Source: Basidiobolus meristosporus CBS 931.73 | Lineage: Eukaryota; Fungi; Basidiobolomycota | NCBI GenBank assembly: GCA_002104905.1 | Contig: MCFE01000136.1 | Location: 62,001 to 126,000 of the forward strand | Length of the DNA stretch: 64,000 nt | Direction: 5' to 3' | Part shown: positions 50,815 through 64,000 of the stretch, in pieces | How the letters are laid out: each line of letters opens with the position of its first letter | How positions within the stretch are numbered: the first letter of the stretch is position 1 | Translations under genes and position numbers: made by a program | The notes under the pieces: model-generated | What the model was told of the DNA's origin: nothing | Database searches by the model: none | What the model saw: the letters and a program-made list of their open reading frames with translations, nothing else

Positions 50815-51959
50815 ATTCGTCGAAGAGGTTTGGTGAATGATCAAGCAGACCTATATCGCACATTCTGTGAGAGGCCTCATTGCCAACTCCTGGTCCATCT
50901 AGCGCTTTATATAGAGTAGGTGCCGATGAAACTCTGATGACAACTATGGCTCAACAATCACATTATATCGGCAGGTGTTGACTGGTGTTGTACAGCTGAG
51001 ATGGTAGTATGGAGAATAGCTTAGTTTCAGATCCTCTTCAGAGCTGCGTAGCCATAGGACAATCACCGATCCAAACACTGGCTAGCTTGATATATGGCCA
51101 GTCAATCTCACCCAGAGTCACTGATGGTTGATTGGGTGTGGGGTGCTGAGAAACCCTATTGGCATCGAAGTCTAAGAATATGAACACTCATTCATCATTG
51201 TAAGTGCAACATATGCAATTACAAGACTGTCCTGCGTATTCCTGATAGGTAATACCCCAAAAGTAGGGACCTCTTCATTTGTTTCAATTGTCAATCTCAC
51301 TGATACCCGTGTTCCGAAGGGCACACCAAACGGCTCAACTCATCTCCACATCACTCATCTTTTTTTGCAGAACTTAGGTTGGAGTAGTCTTACCACCCCT
51401 GACTCTACAGAATTTTGTTTGTCAGGCATTCAAACTAGCCGCACTCTCCCAACAACTGTGAAGTTCCCAATGATGGAAGGTGGACAACGTGGATCCATCA
51501 TACCGACATTGTATGGGCACTATTGCAGTACGACTGCCACCACCTGAGAAGTGGACCGATGTGTGCGGAGATCATTGAAACAGTGTTCTGATTATTATCA
51601 CTATATTGTATCGATTTTGGAAGCCAATTGCTGGAACACTTAAAAACTAGCTAGACCCAGTAGAGCCAGCCCAATGAGCACCTATTCTACATCCATCCTG
51701 GCTCAGACATATATCAGGCATATATCAGTCGCAGCAGTAATGGTCAGAAACCCATAAAGGTTTGGAGAAATCTTTCAACCTGAATCATACATCAGCTAAT
51801 TAGATATAGCGATAATCAACATATACACTGTCTACATTAACTATGCTCTGCATGGGATCCCCATGTTAGATAAGTATACTTGGCATGGTAATGCTTGGTA
51901 TATTGAACTATATACATAAGGTATGGATGTTGGAAGAGTAGCAATAACGAACCAATCGA

Positions 51960-52673
51960 TCATGAAAAACCAAGCTCAAAGCCGTTCAGGCAAGTCGTTG
52001 AAAGGCCAAGGTCGAACGTATCAAAAGCCTCCAAGACTCGTTTGCAATTCTCCTCCACGCGATAGTGCCTCTGGCGACTATCCACACGTGCGAATCCTTT
52101 GCTGCATACAATGCAGTGGTATGGCTTATCTCCGGTGTGTAAACGTACATGTCGCTGTAGATCGTGTTTTCGGGTAAACGCTCGTTCGCAATGCTCGCAC
52201 TGGAAAGGCCTGGAAGTCGGTGCCGAAAGTGCCCTCTTTATTGATTGACGATTGGCGCTTTTGGAACTCTTTCTGATCGAGGCTTTTTTGTTTGGGAACA
52301 ACTTCTTGGCCTGCCCAAGGGGTTGAGTCATTTGGTGGGGTGTGTAGTACTCGGGTGCAAGCGTAGGGAAGCGTGAGGAGAGATCAAGTCCGTCTGGCTG
52401 TAGACTGAACACTGAGTTCATAGCTAAGTTCAATGAACTGAATTGTGAGGGAAAGCTGCCCTGAATCAGCTCAGGAACAGCGGAAGCCGTAGGCACCATC
52501 AAATCATCTAGGTGGATAGATGATAGAGGTATACGCTCCTCGGCAACGGAGAACGCTCGCTGTTGCCCAGAGTGTTGTTGTAGAACTCCACCGTACAAGT
52601 GTGTGTAGTTTAGGTCCGTAACCCACGGGGAGTTAGGCAAAAAGCAGTGCAAACTTTCGGTTGGCAGATTCAT
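51960..52673 (-). CDS. C2H2 zinc-finger transcription factor (two fingers, 237 aa)
   Basis: FQCEHCERAFTRKHDLQRHVRLHTGDKPYHCIVCSKGFARVDSRQRH, preceded by a basic NLS-like region. Start placed at ACA-ATG 52673, with TATAAA about 60 nt upstream, rather than at 52847. Confidence 0.88.
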   Translation of the reverse strand: MNLPTESLHCFLPNSPWVTDLNYTHLYGGVLQQHSGQQRAFSVAEERIPLSSIHLDDLMVPTASAVPELIQGSFPSQFSSLNLAMNSVFSLQPDGLDLSSRFPTLAPEYYTPHQMTQPLGQAKKLFPNKKASIRKSSKSANRQSIKRALSAPTSRPFQCEHCERAFTRKHDLQRHVRLHTGDKPYHCIVCSKGFARVDSRQRHYRVEENCKRVLEAFDTFDLGLSTTCLNGFELGFS

Positions 52674-55600
52674 TGTAAATAACAAAGCCAAGAATTTCAA
52701 AGACAGATCTTCTCTAAGCACGTCGGGTTGTTTATAAAGCCTCCTCGGGTGAAACAGGCAGCGGTTGGTATATATTAAATTAGGAACACATAGCGTCATA
52801 TGGTTGTAGCGATAAACACCTTTCGTTTTCATAAAGCGTATATTCACTCCGATATTGAACCTAAATAGGACATAAATTAATGATCACCTCTATCGCAAAT
52901 TATCTGTAAGAAGACCACAAAATAAAGCGGTCACTGCAACTCAGTTGAAATGAATTCCACAGCGATTGGTGGAAACGATAACCATCAAGAAGCACGCACA
53001 AAACACTAAACCAAACATGATTAACGTTCGAGTGCTCACCAATCGATGGACCCTTGAAGCCATATTCACTTCTAAGGTGCACCATATTCAATACAAATTG
53101 ACGATCACCAGTGGTCGATTAGCGATCGTTATCAAAGCTATATTAAATTTGCTACTCACGTCATCCAAGGTTGAAATGAACTCCTCTCCATGAAGGTACC
53201 GCAAGTATCACACTAAATCGCGGCACACCACATCACGGGTTCAGGTATAGAACATTCGGTTGGAGCGTGAAGATCTCTCGTCTCAACCACCAGCACATAT
53301 CACGATGAAATCTAGTCATCCTGCCATCAAGCACCTGGCTCATTGCATTAACCTCGGGCAGACAACGGTATTTCTGTTAATTAGTGAAGTTCCACATTAC
53401 TCGAAACACACCGAAACCACGACCTATATCCGATGAGGTGAGCATTTGCTAACAATTACCCTCGTTGGCATTGGGTTACGCTTCACGTCCCTCAGAAGCG
53501 ACATTGAAGATTAATTGGTACCTGAAACCCGTCCATGTACCGAGGATCTAGAGGCGGTTGACTGTACACCTTGTGGCTCTTCAGCACATTTGGACGAACG
53601 TTACGCGGGGAAGCAACAGGGCATTGGGTTCAAGGAGGTGCACTGGATTGAATTTGCATGGGGCACTGCTAGTCAATGGTATGAAGTAAATGTATCTAGA
53701 TCACCACATCAGACCTCCAAAATTAAATCAGCTACCAGCTCCTCCTATCAACTGCTCTTCAACTGAGATATCAGTGAGCAGGCAAGCTCCGATATGCAAT
53801 GAAGAGCCCCTTGTGATACGCTTGTATCACCATCGGTCACCGGCATTACAGATCTGCTGACATAATTTCACAATCTGAGAGCAATATTACTGTGTGATGA
53901 GTGCGCGGTTCACTTGGGCTTGGCCTCCGCTAATTGACAAATGGTTTCATCAATTTGTTGACACCACGTCTACCTCGAGAAACGATGGGTACGACACGCC
54001 AGCCTATGAAGGAAAAGGTAAGCTCATCACAGAAGTCGACCCTAACCTACATGGACTACCGTCACTCGACCCAAAGGCGGATGTTACGGAATAAAACTCG
54101 GGTTTCGAAAATTCCGCTGTGGAGCAAGTGTGGAGAGATGATGTACAGCCGATCAGTATCACAGCATGGTGAGAATTTGTGGGCTATGAACAAGCCCCAC
54201 GATAATAGTGCAACATTGTGGAGTACAATGAGTACTCGACGTGTTCTAGAAACAACCGTAAAATCCAGTAGCCACATGAAACACCAACGTTGCATCATCC
54301 AATTTGGGACTTGGGATATCATCACTTCCAAAACGCTGTGCTCCGCGTAAGCAGAGTTGCAGCGGCAACTTGGTTGCGAATTTCGGTTACGGATTCTGCT
54401 ATATAATACCGCGAATGGATTTATTATCGGTGATTCTGTCAATTTCGTAAAAGTCAATAGACACAATTGGCATTTTCAATCAGAGGTAAGTCAAGGTGAT
54501 TGGATGCGTATCGGGTATGGAGCCAACCAGGTGGCCCCTAGAGCAGCCAATCTTGATGAGGATCTGAAGGTCAGGGACCCTGAGATGGAGATACGAGGTA
54601 TTCCCTTATTCACCAAACATCAAGCTCGATATATCTTCGGTCTCTTCGAAGGCTTGGCATTGTAAAAGACGGCCATGCAGTTTGGTTTACAGTGCAGAAG
54701 GCTAGCTTGTATCATGTCATCACCGCAATGATCTGCCTGTACCAACAGGTTTGTAGAAACAACTCATTAATACCAGATCACCCAAGGATCATCGCGCCTA
54801 ATATCAGTTATTGACCAACACCAACTGAGATCCGACCGCTTGAAGTATTATTTGTTGTAGCCTAAGCCTTTTGGAGGTGGTATGGAGTTACCCCAGCTCA
54901 CCAAGATGCACCATTGTGCAGCCGATTACCCCCACTATACTGGCGTCGTTGCTCAAAGGAATAGAGGGACCAACGGTCGAAAGGGCTCACTTCCACTTCC
55001 ATATGTACCAAGACACTGCCCCTTCTGCATGCACTACTAAAAGAATCCACACATTCATTGATTAGTGTAGAGTGATCCATCATGCAATGAACGCCAAACA
55101 GTTCCTTGGACGTGACCAATTATATCTTAACAGGGAATATCTCCATTGCTTCCCACGAAAAAGGCGAAGGGAATTCCCGGTCTGTGATTGGGCAGGCGGC
55201 ATTGTTAGTAAATTTGGGCTCATTACAAAACCAATCCTTATGAACAAACTCGCGATTCTTGAAGACGTAAGCATTCATGGCTTTGATAAAGCCCCATTAC
55301 CATAATCGCTATACTGCTCTCCCACACCCTTTATGCCACGAAGTAGCGGATTCTCGAAGCTCCCATCCCCATCTGCATCCGCATCTCAATCCTAATCCCA
55401 ATCTCAACCCCAACCCCAGTAATGCTGAGCTCCAATTCCTCTGGCATATCTCTACCCTGTTATGAGTTTGCTGGTTTCAAATGGACGTTGCCGATGTCTG
55501 TATCGAGTTGAAAATAACAGGGTCTTGGATCATTCCACGTGTTTTCCGAAATTTCAATAAATCATCATTTTGACTTGAATCTGAAGTTATATTACTGTAT

Positions 55601-55953
55601 TCATTGATCATCAATATAAAAAATTATCGATGATCGTTGGTCCAGGCATTATCTGGCCTTTAATTATCAGAGTATTCTTCCTTTGAACTCTGTTCTCTCT
55701 ATTCTTGCTTTACCCTTCTTAATTTCCAAGCTTCTTTCTCTTCGAGTATTGACTCAATTATTGGTGCTTTTTTGACTTGTCGTGTTTCATTGGTATGTCT
55801 GATCTATATATTTCGTGGCTTACTTACTGCCTCAACACTTGAGTCTCGTGTTTGTTCTTCTCGAGATCTCAGGTCCCTTTGTTACCCCTTCGCTTGAACT
55901 CACCAGGATTTAACTCCAAAGTCTTCTACTTAAAGGTTTCTGCCGCGTAAGAT

Positions 55954-58900
55954 ATGCCAAAATCGCCAACTCCCGATCCCCTTCGGGGGTTATCAACATC
56001 ACCGCGCCTTTCTTCACCAACAGGAATGCCCGAGAGACTGCTTTCCAAAAGGTGATTTTGGAGCATCTATGCTCGTGATATATCGTGGATTCGGACATAT
56101 CTGCTAACCTCTCTTGACTCCACGTATTTGCAGAACTATGGAAATTCAAGCCGAAGAAGGAATTTTACCTTACCGTTCGCCTACCCACGCCTCAAGTAAT
56201 TCCCTGTTGGGATCTTTTGGTGGTTCACTTCTAGACGAAGGGTCTCGCTCCAAAACCCCGGAATCCAAGCTTGGGCTTTCCCTTTTTGATTCATCTCCAG
56301 ATTCTTCTGGTCTTGACTCTACCGTTTTCCCAACTACAAGAAGAGCCCGAGCAGATACTATGCCGTCTTCACTATCGAAATATCCTTTCCGTAGTAAATC
56401 ACCAGAATCTGATATTTCCTCGCCCATTGGACGCAATTTTTCTGCTTCCCCCGGCGCTATTACTCCAACCCGAATCAATAATGGAAATACTACTCGCTCT
56501 CGTGGTAGTTCACTGAGTGTTCCTTCGTCAACATTTTCTGATGCTTTTGGGTCTAGTATTTTCTCTCCTTGGCAAAGTGCTGTAGACACCGAAGCCGGTA
56601 AAAATCACTTTGATGACCCGAACGAGGATGGGGTGAACCCCTTGGTAAAGACATTGGACTACCTTGGTCTCGATGACTCTTCACATTCACCCAGCCAGTT
56701 GGATGAAAGCTTTGGTGGCTCTCGATTCGGTTCACCTCCTGAAGTCAAATGTAGGTCCTTAAAAGATACTGTGTTTGTTTAGCACTTATTGACTGAATTC
56801 CAACTAGCTATTGCAAATTTAAGAGCTTCCCTCGGTCGCCTTCGTTCTCATTCAATGTCCTCTACAGCCAAGTACGACGATGTGGTAACTCCTCTTCCAG
56901 CCCCTTTACAGCAACTGAGAAAGGCTCCTTCGCGTGGACGTGCTATTTCGGTTGGGTTTTTGGATGCTCCGCAGAAGTTTTTTGTACCCGGAGAGAGCAA
57001 TTCAAACTCGGACATCTCTCTTGGAAGTAGCTACACCAACGAAAACCTGATGTTTTCAGAAAATGGCTCCATGAGCAACAGTCTTGGTTTAAATGGCTCG
57101 GACAGTGTACGTAGCAACCACCAATTTTATTATCGACTATTTCTGACTCCTACCTTCGAAAAGTTTCTTGGCCATGGGCAGTCATTTGAAAGCGCTACCG
57201 ATTTTGAGCATGAGGTAAATAGACAGAACTCTGATGACCAAGAAATTTCGTTCATACTGTTCATTCATTCAGTACTTCGACCCTCTTGAAATGTCGGCTA
57301 CTGATCACTTAACACCGACGCGTTCCTTATGGATCGGAAACATTGATAGCTCTTTGACTTCAGCTGATCTTATGTCCATCTTTTCCCCTTACGGCCCTAT
57401 CGAGTCTCTTAGATTGCTTCCAGAGAAAGAATGCGCTTTCGTCAATTATGTAAAGATCGAAGACGCCATTCGTGCTAGGGAAGAAATGCAAGGGGGTAGG
57501 GTAGGCAACTGCATTATCCGAGTTGGCTATGGCAAGGTAAGTTAGTTCCTACATCTTGGACCGTGATGTCAGTTCAAACGCAGACTTGTTTCGTAGGCAG
57601 ATATATATAACTGTGACTCCCAGACGATGCAGCCCACCAGAGCGCTTTGTGAGTAAATTCTATGCAGAGGCGACATTTCTCCAGTCACTTATTCGTACCT
57701 CCTTCTAGGGATTGGTAACATTTCCGCGTCCATCACTCCTACTGCTCTACAAGCAGTATTTGCTCCTTTCGGAGCTATTGAGTCTGCCCGCATACTTACT
57801 CACAAGAACTGTGGCTTCGTTAACTTCGAGAAGGTTGAAGACGCCATCAAGGCTAGGAAAGAAATGAACAATAAGGAGATATATGGCTCTGCTGTAAGAA
57901 TCGGTTATGCCAAAGTGCCTCCAAAAGATTCGACCACAAAGAGTGGAACTACCCCTTTTGGACTTCCATTCTCATCGACATTGCCCCAACCTTCAGTCCC
58001 CATTACTCCATGGCACACCAATGCCTCGGCATTGAGCGGGACCCCTGGCAATTCTTCGGCTGAGTTGGAGCCGTCTCTCAGCTCTTCCTTAGGTAATAGC
58101 ACCACAGGGGCGTACGAGACGGTGGATTTGCTGGGGCCATTGATGATGGATGACAATCTGATCGCCTTTCCTTACGCTTCGGTGCTCCCACCTATCCCCG
58201 AGCCTAACGTCAATCGCAAGATTGACCAATCACGGCTCCGTGAAATCCGTAAACGACTCGACAGCCACACGTCGTCAGCCAAAGATTTAGAGGCAGCATT
58301 CCATGAACTATTCGATGACTCGGTTGATCTGTGCTCAGGTTTGTCTCCAGTTCCCAAAGAAAATGGATTCACACGCGGCTAACATTCTGAAAATGTAGAC
58401 TATATCGGAAATACAGTCATCCAAAAGCTGATGGAGCGTGGTGGAGATAGTCACAAGTTGCTGCTGATCGAGAGAGTGGCGCCTCACATGGCCTCCATAG
58501 GTGTTCATAAGAACGGTACTTGGGCCATTCAAAAAATGATAGATTGTGCCAACACGCCTGCGCAGATGCAACCTATAGTCATGTCGTTGAAACCATTCAC
58601 ACCGCCTCTGTTGCTGGATCAATTTGGAAACTATGTGATCCAGTGCTGTCTACGCCTGGGTCCCCAGAGAAACCAGTTCATTTACGACGCCATCCACGCG
58701 CGTTGTTGGGAAATTGCACAGGGACGATTTGGCGCCCGCGCTATCCGAGCCTGTCTCGAAAGCCAGTACACCACCAAACGCCAACAACGGCTTGTTGCTG
58801 TTGCCTTGATCCACAATGCTCTCTTGTTGGCAACAAACCCCAATGGCTCGCTTCTCCTCACCTGGTTGCTTGACTCCTCCAACCTGGCTGGAAGGTATCG

Positions 58901-59768
58901 CGCGCTGGCTCCACAATTTATCAGCCATTTGAGCCACCTTTGTACTCACAAGCTGGCTTCCCTAACGGTCTTCAAGATCATCAATCAAAAGGTTGAGGCG
59001 GATGCGCGCGAACTACTCTTGCAGAGCTTGTTCTTGCAGGACCAGGTGCTTGAGGATGTACTCAGCGATCAGGTCCACGGGGTTGGACTGATTCAAAAGA
59101 TCCTCGCGAGCAATTTGATCGAGGAATCGCAGAAGAACAAGTTCTCCGAGCGAGTTCGATTAATGCTCGGAAAGCTGCAGGTCCATCAGGTGCAAGGCTA
59201 TCGACGACTGATGGAAGAGCTGGGTGTTGGGTTTGGACTCAAGCAGTATTCCGACATAAGTGGAAGTGGATACGCCTTTTCCAATGCCAATGACATCAAC
59301 GGCGGTTTACAAGGCGCTGGGCAACACGCGTTGTTCAATGCGCTCCTGGCCAACCCCCAGTTGGGTGCCAACTACCCCCAAGGTGCGTTCAACAATATGT
59401 ACGTGAACGCGGGCATGTACAACTCCCTCTTGAACCCATATGGCATGGTGGGTCTTCCTGGGCTCATCAATGGAACCACTCCGCAAAATCAAATGCAGAA
59501 CCCACAGCTTCAGCAACAGCTGCACCAGCTCCAAATGCAACTGCAACAGCTTCAGTATCAAAACCAAGAGAATCCCATCAGCATGAACCCTCATCCTCGC
59601 TTCGGAGAAGACAACAAAAACCAGGAGAGCAGAGCCGGAGGCCAGCCCATGTCAGCCCTGCTTCAAGATAGTGAGAAATCCGCAACCACCGACTTCTCTG
59701 TAGATAAATTTTCTAGCGATAATGTAGTTTCTTCGGACCATCACTCACCGTTCCGTCAGCATTTTTAA
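55954..59768 (+). CDS. JSN1: JSN1/PUF2-like RNA-binding protein (two RRMs plus Pumilio repeats, Q/N-rich C-terminus), multi-exon
   Basis: First intron 56052-56133. RRMs PTRSLWIGNI...ECAFVNY and PTRALWIGNI...NCGFVNF. Pumilio repeats GNTVIQKL, NGTWAIQKM, FGNYVIQC and RFGARAIRA. Possible 5' UTR intron at about 55793-55872. Confidence 0.9.
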
Positions 59769-60625
59769 GAGCCTCCCAACGAAGCCAGGCATTCCGAGTT
59801 CCTCGGTGGTGTCAAGAGGTCCCTGGTTTCCGGAACCCTCATGCCACCCAGCAACCCAGCCGAAATCACCTTTACTTTATTCAATTTTATTACAGAATGA
59901 TGTGTGGTATGGACCATGCGCACATGTACCTACTTGTTAAACGATTGTGAATACGCTCCTAGACCGTAGTGAGCGCCGAGAATTACCTTTGCCGGGGCTC
60001 ACTTGGGCTTATTCCCGAACTTCAAACTGATTTTTTCAAGGGTATTTGGTGGACTTCTGGGGATACTGTAGAACCCATGCTTCCATTTCACCACATTGCA
60101 CACCCACCGCTTTACTTTAGTTCTTTTTGGTTCACCTTACATTTTCAGGGATATGTACCCATGTCCCTGGTAAATATCAGCATTCATCTTGTGGTTCGAC
60201 TTTTTCTTCTCTAATCGTATAATAAAAATATTAGGATAGTTAATCATCATACAATGCTCGAGAATACAACTTACAACGTCAAGTGAGAGAGAGGGTGCAG
60301 TGGAGGCCGTATGGGAAATCCTCCCGAACTGCTGAAAAAAATCCCACCAAACCTCCAGCCTACCCTTCATCGTAACCCTAACCCTAGGCGTGATCTCTGC
60401 CCTACCATTGAGCCAAGCTCCTCCGCCCATCACGAAATCACCAAAACCAAGGAAAAAATTGTGACTACGGGAACCGCATACCAAAAAAAAAAACCATTTC
60501 CTAACAATATATCAACAACCAAGTCACTCAATGGGCGGGTGGATTTCCTTCGTATATCGTAAATACATAGACAGATATATCAACCCACCACTTCCCCTTT
60601 GTTATAGAGACACAGCCAACCTAGT

Positions 60626-62750
60626 ATGACCAACCTACAAAGAAACCCGGGGACCCACACACAACCGGCTACCTACACCGATTACCGTTTGGTGTCGGGA
60701 TCGCGGAAAACGCTACACAACATCCTGAAGTTCCAAAACTCCAAACCGATCGACCCAAATAAGTTCACCGCCCCGGTCAGACTGCACCGTAAAGAGACGA
60801 GCGTGGAGGCCGCCGAGCTGTTCCAAGAACTAAAACCCGGGGAGAATCCGTCGGAAACCGCGTTACCCGGCTCCGCTTCCGGAGCAGATCCCTCCATCAT
60901 CGCGCCCTACGGCGGTGCTTCGCGTAACAAACAGATGCTCTTCAAGAAGAGAACCAAACAGGTGTTCCCCACCGACGAAAGCAGTAGAAAACTCAAAGAG
61001 CAAGAGGCGAAGCCTTGGGTACTGGAGGACTACGACGGGACCAATTATTGGAGCGGTAGTTTGGAGGGTGGCCAGCAATCGAATTACTTCCTGTTCGTAT
61101 TCTCGGTAAGTGTCGCACGAACGGGATCCGCCCCTCGGCCTTTTGTTATGTATTTGATACGCTGGCACGAAGTGTTGCTTACCTGCGGTTTTTTGGGGGG
61201 TCTGGTCGAGTAGGAGGATGGATTCAAAGTGGTTCCAGCTCATAGATGGTACAGATTCCAGCAAAAGTTGTCCTACGCTACATTGACGATAGAGGAGGCG
61301 GAAGAACAGGTGGGACGATGTCGTCGTTTTCACGCGCGAGCATCGGGTAACCTTTGAATTCTAGCTTATCAAGGCGCAGAAGAAGGATAGCGATCGCTGG
61401 ATGATGCGCAAGCGTTTGCTCAGTAAATTGGACGGAGATGAGGCAGAAGGTGAAGAGCGATCCGTACCACGAAGACTAAAGGTCGTGGATCATGAGGATA
61501 TCAAGTAAGTTTTATCGAGCTTGATCGCATGTGATAAGGGCACTCACCTGGCACGACTAGCTTTTCCGATGACGATGACCCTTCCATGAAGAAGATGAAG
61601 CGGGGTAACGTCAGCAAGGTATTTGATGATGAATGGTATTTGTTGGATTATATGGGGGCTTACTGGCGTTGAAACGGTTCTCGATTGAAGCATGGTGATA
61701 TAGAGGAGGTCGATTTCGAAGAAGTGTTCGAAGACGACGAAGAAGCTCCACCAGAGTTAGAAGGTGACCAAGAGGAGATAAAAGAAGAGGTACTCATCCA
61801 ACACCCTCAGCGTAATAGAAGAAATACTAAATGGAGTGTTCATTCACCAGCAAAGTAGAAGAAAGCCCAACCGGACAGTGGCTAGTGATGATGAAGAGGA
61901 GGAAGAAGAAGAGGAGGAGCTAACCGCCACTGGCAAAGTAACGCGAGATTTTATCATCGATGGGATGCGTAACAATGCCCATTAATCATGATCCTGAACC
62001 CTCGTAGGAAATGAAAAAAGCGCTCTTGACTCTCGAAAAGAATACGGCCTACGACTCGGACGACGAGCAAAACCCGTATCTAAGTGTTCGTTGTGTTTCA
62101 TCCCACTCCCCATATTCGGCTAGTTGGCTCACATTGTTTGCAAAAGGAGGAGGAAGAGGAGGAGGAGGAGAAGGAAGAGAAGGAGACGGACGAAGACAAA
62201 AAGAAGCAAGAGGCGGGTGATTCACTCATTGCCCCGAAGAAAGAGCCGATCCTCAAGCCTGGCCTATTTACACCGAAGCCCGTCAAGCCTGTTGCCAAAA
62301 TCTCCCCTACCATACGGCCCTCCAGCCCGTCGAGCTCTGTCGTAGATAAAAAGCGCAAGCCCGAAGGCATCATGAACGACGCTGCAAAGAAGGTACCTGG
62401 TTACTGTCTAGTTTGGCATCCACCAAATACACGTACTAACGCCAGTATACCAGGCTAGAATATCTTCACCAATACCAAGACCTGCTGCAGGCCCTACACC
62501 GGCGGCCTCAGGTACTTGCTTCTATTCAAACTTCATACCCAAGCCGTGCGCTGACGTAATCACTCTAGATTCCAATCTGATCACCGAAGAAGAGATTGTC
62601 GAGCTGATCAAGAGCAACCGCCTCACTACCAAAGACCTGATTACCAAGATCAAGAAGAAGCTAAAGGCGGACCCACGCAACAAGCAGCTCATCAGCACGA
62701 TTGTGAAGAAGGTGGCTACCACCAAGGATGGATTTCTCGAGCTCAAGTAA
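60626..62750 (+). CDS. TFG1: Transcription factor IIF large subunit (Tfg1/RAP74), multi-exon
   Basis: PVRLHRK, KKRTKQV, PWVLEDYDG...GSLEGG, DGFKVVPAHRWYRF and TLTIEEAEEQ, then an acidic/basic middle region and a C-terminal winged-helix-like end (ITEEEIVELIKS...LELK*). Confidence 0.9.
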
Positions 62751-63435
62751 GGCTCGCCCATCTAGACTTGTTCGCGTGAAGATGCGTTGTTTTTGTCATT
62801 ACATGTGCAATAAGGAAACTGCTATCGAAGACAATAAATGCTGTTTATTTGTTTGAGATCCGACGACAATTGAGGATCATGAGTGAACAACGGTGTATGT
62901 TAGCGCAGCGAATCAGTCCATAGCAACGCTGTCCAGAATCGAGTGTCCATCACCACTTCACATGCAGATCGCTCTAGTAGCGTCTTTATTCATACATCGT
63001 ATCCTAAAATCTCTTGCCCACCCGATGGAAAATCAGCGGTACACTGAAAAAGCCCCCCTCGGCTCATGTATTTTCCCTGTGTTACCAGCAAGCAATGGCA
63101 TTGTTGACGGACCTCCGAATGGGTCATACAGATGAATCACCCGTACACCAATTGCTATCTTGAGAAAGGATCATGTCGATTATGGGGCAAGCGACGATGA
63201 TGCAGAGACTGCCGATGAGTCTTGTAGTCACAGTTCCCGAGAACTCCCCCCTCACGACGATGGAGCCCGTCGGGCAGATGAGAACCGCTTGAACAACGTG
63301 GCGGGTTTCTGGCCATGACTTCGTCTTCATCCCAGGACCAATCGATCGACGCGCAAATATCACAACGATCATCAAGGTGCCCTTGGAATGGCTCTACTGC
63401 AAGACCCGACCATCTTGTTATATTAAACACACCGC

Positions 63436-64000
63436 TCATCCTTCGAAACCTGGACCAATGTTGGCTAGCTGCGTGTTTGTTACATAATTTAATATACGTT
63501 AGTATGGAGGATTTGCCAAAAAGGCGGTGAAACCTGGATTGCTCGGATCCTAGGGATGGTCCCCGTTTGGCCCAGCGCTTCGACCATATGCATAGCCTGA
63601 ATCATGATAGTGTTGCCTTCGCTTCCATTTGAGATCATCCCACCACGAAGTGGCAGGTGATTTGTGCGATCACGGCTGAGAATCCGGTTGCACAATGACA
63701 CCCAGCTTCCCTTTCTAATAGTAGCGGTCTCAAACCCCAGCAGGTAACCGCGAGGAACGTGCCGATTTCCATGGGATTACGCAAACGTGTCTCGGTGGAG
63801 ATTGAAACTAGGAATGAGCTTGATACAAGGTTGTCAGGCTTAGCAATCGTTTATTTTTGATGGAATCGTACAATGTTCAGTGGGGATGAGTTGAGACCTG
63901 TCTTAAGTATTTTACAATAACATCGATGACTCCTTTCTAGATAGTATTGACTTGATCATGTACGGATATCGTGAAGCAAAGGATAAATGGGGCACTCGAG
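63436..64000 (-). CDS. Possible 3' end of an unidentified intron-containing gene entering from the right edge
   Basis: A 65-nt GT...TACTAAC...CAG intron (63533-63469) joins ...GTIPRIRAIQ to LANIGPGFEG*. Upstream exons not resolved; no product recognised. Confidence 0.25.

Noticed and set aside
52900-55310. Several 60-140 aa overlapping ORFs in the zinc-finger/JSN1 intergenic region
   Set aside because: No recognisable domain, they overlap on both strands, and I found no convincing splice structure.
62763-62773. TAGACTTGTTC just after the TFG1 stop, matching the TIR
   Set aside because: Only 11 nt, diverges immediately and has no subterminal motifs; chance is plausible.

Overview
Eukaryotic fungal DNA. 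Short GT-AG introns and the gene types suggest an early-diverging Mucoromycota/Zoopagomycota-type fungus; this is inference. The window has two sharply separated compartments. (1) About 1-44,700 is a CpG-depleted, nested transposon graveyard with no intact host gene. It holds three copies of one non-chromodomain Ty3/gypsy family (one inserted into another), a Ty1/copia element with a half-tRNA-type PBS and extra LTR copies, and four solo LTRs of a separate lineage. It also holds fragments of a CACTA/EnSpm-like element with a head-to-head second gene, and a DNA-transposon family with TAGACTTGTTCC termini, including a 755-bp foldback MITE. (2) About 44,900-64,000 is CpG-rich and gene-dense: a CorA/ALR-type Mg2+ transporter, an acyl-CoA oxidase, a candidate 60-aa GPI-type micro-protein, a C2H2 transcription factor, a JSN1/PUF2-like RRM-Pumilio protein and the TFIIF large subunit. 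The main leads are that all four solo LTRs have 4-bp target duplications centred on CG, the candidate GPI micro-peptide gene, a PTS2 signal on the acyl-CoA oxidase, the TAG-ended TIR family with a reversed-ends inversion footprint, and the two-gene CACTA-like layout. All alignments were done by eye; no database search was run.
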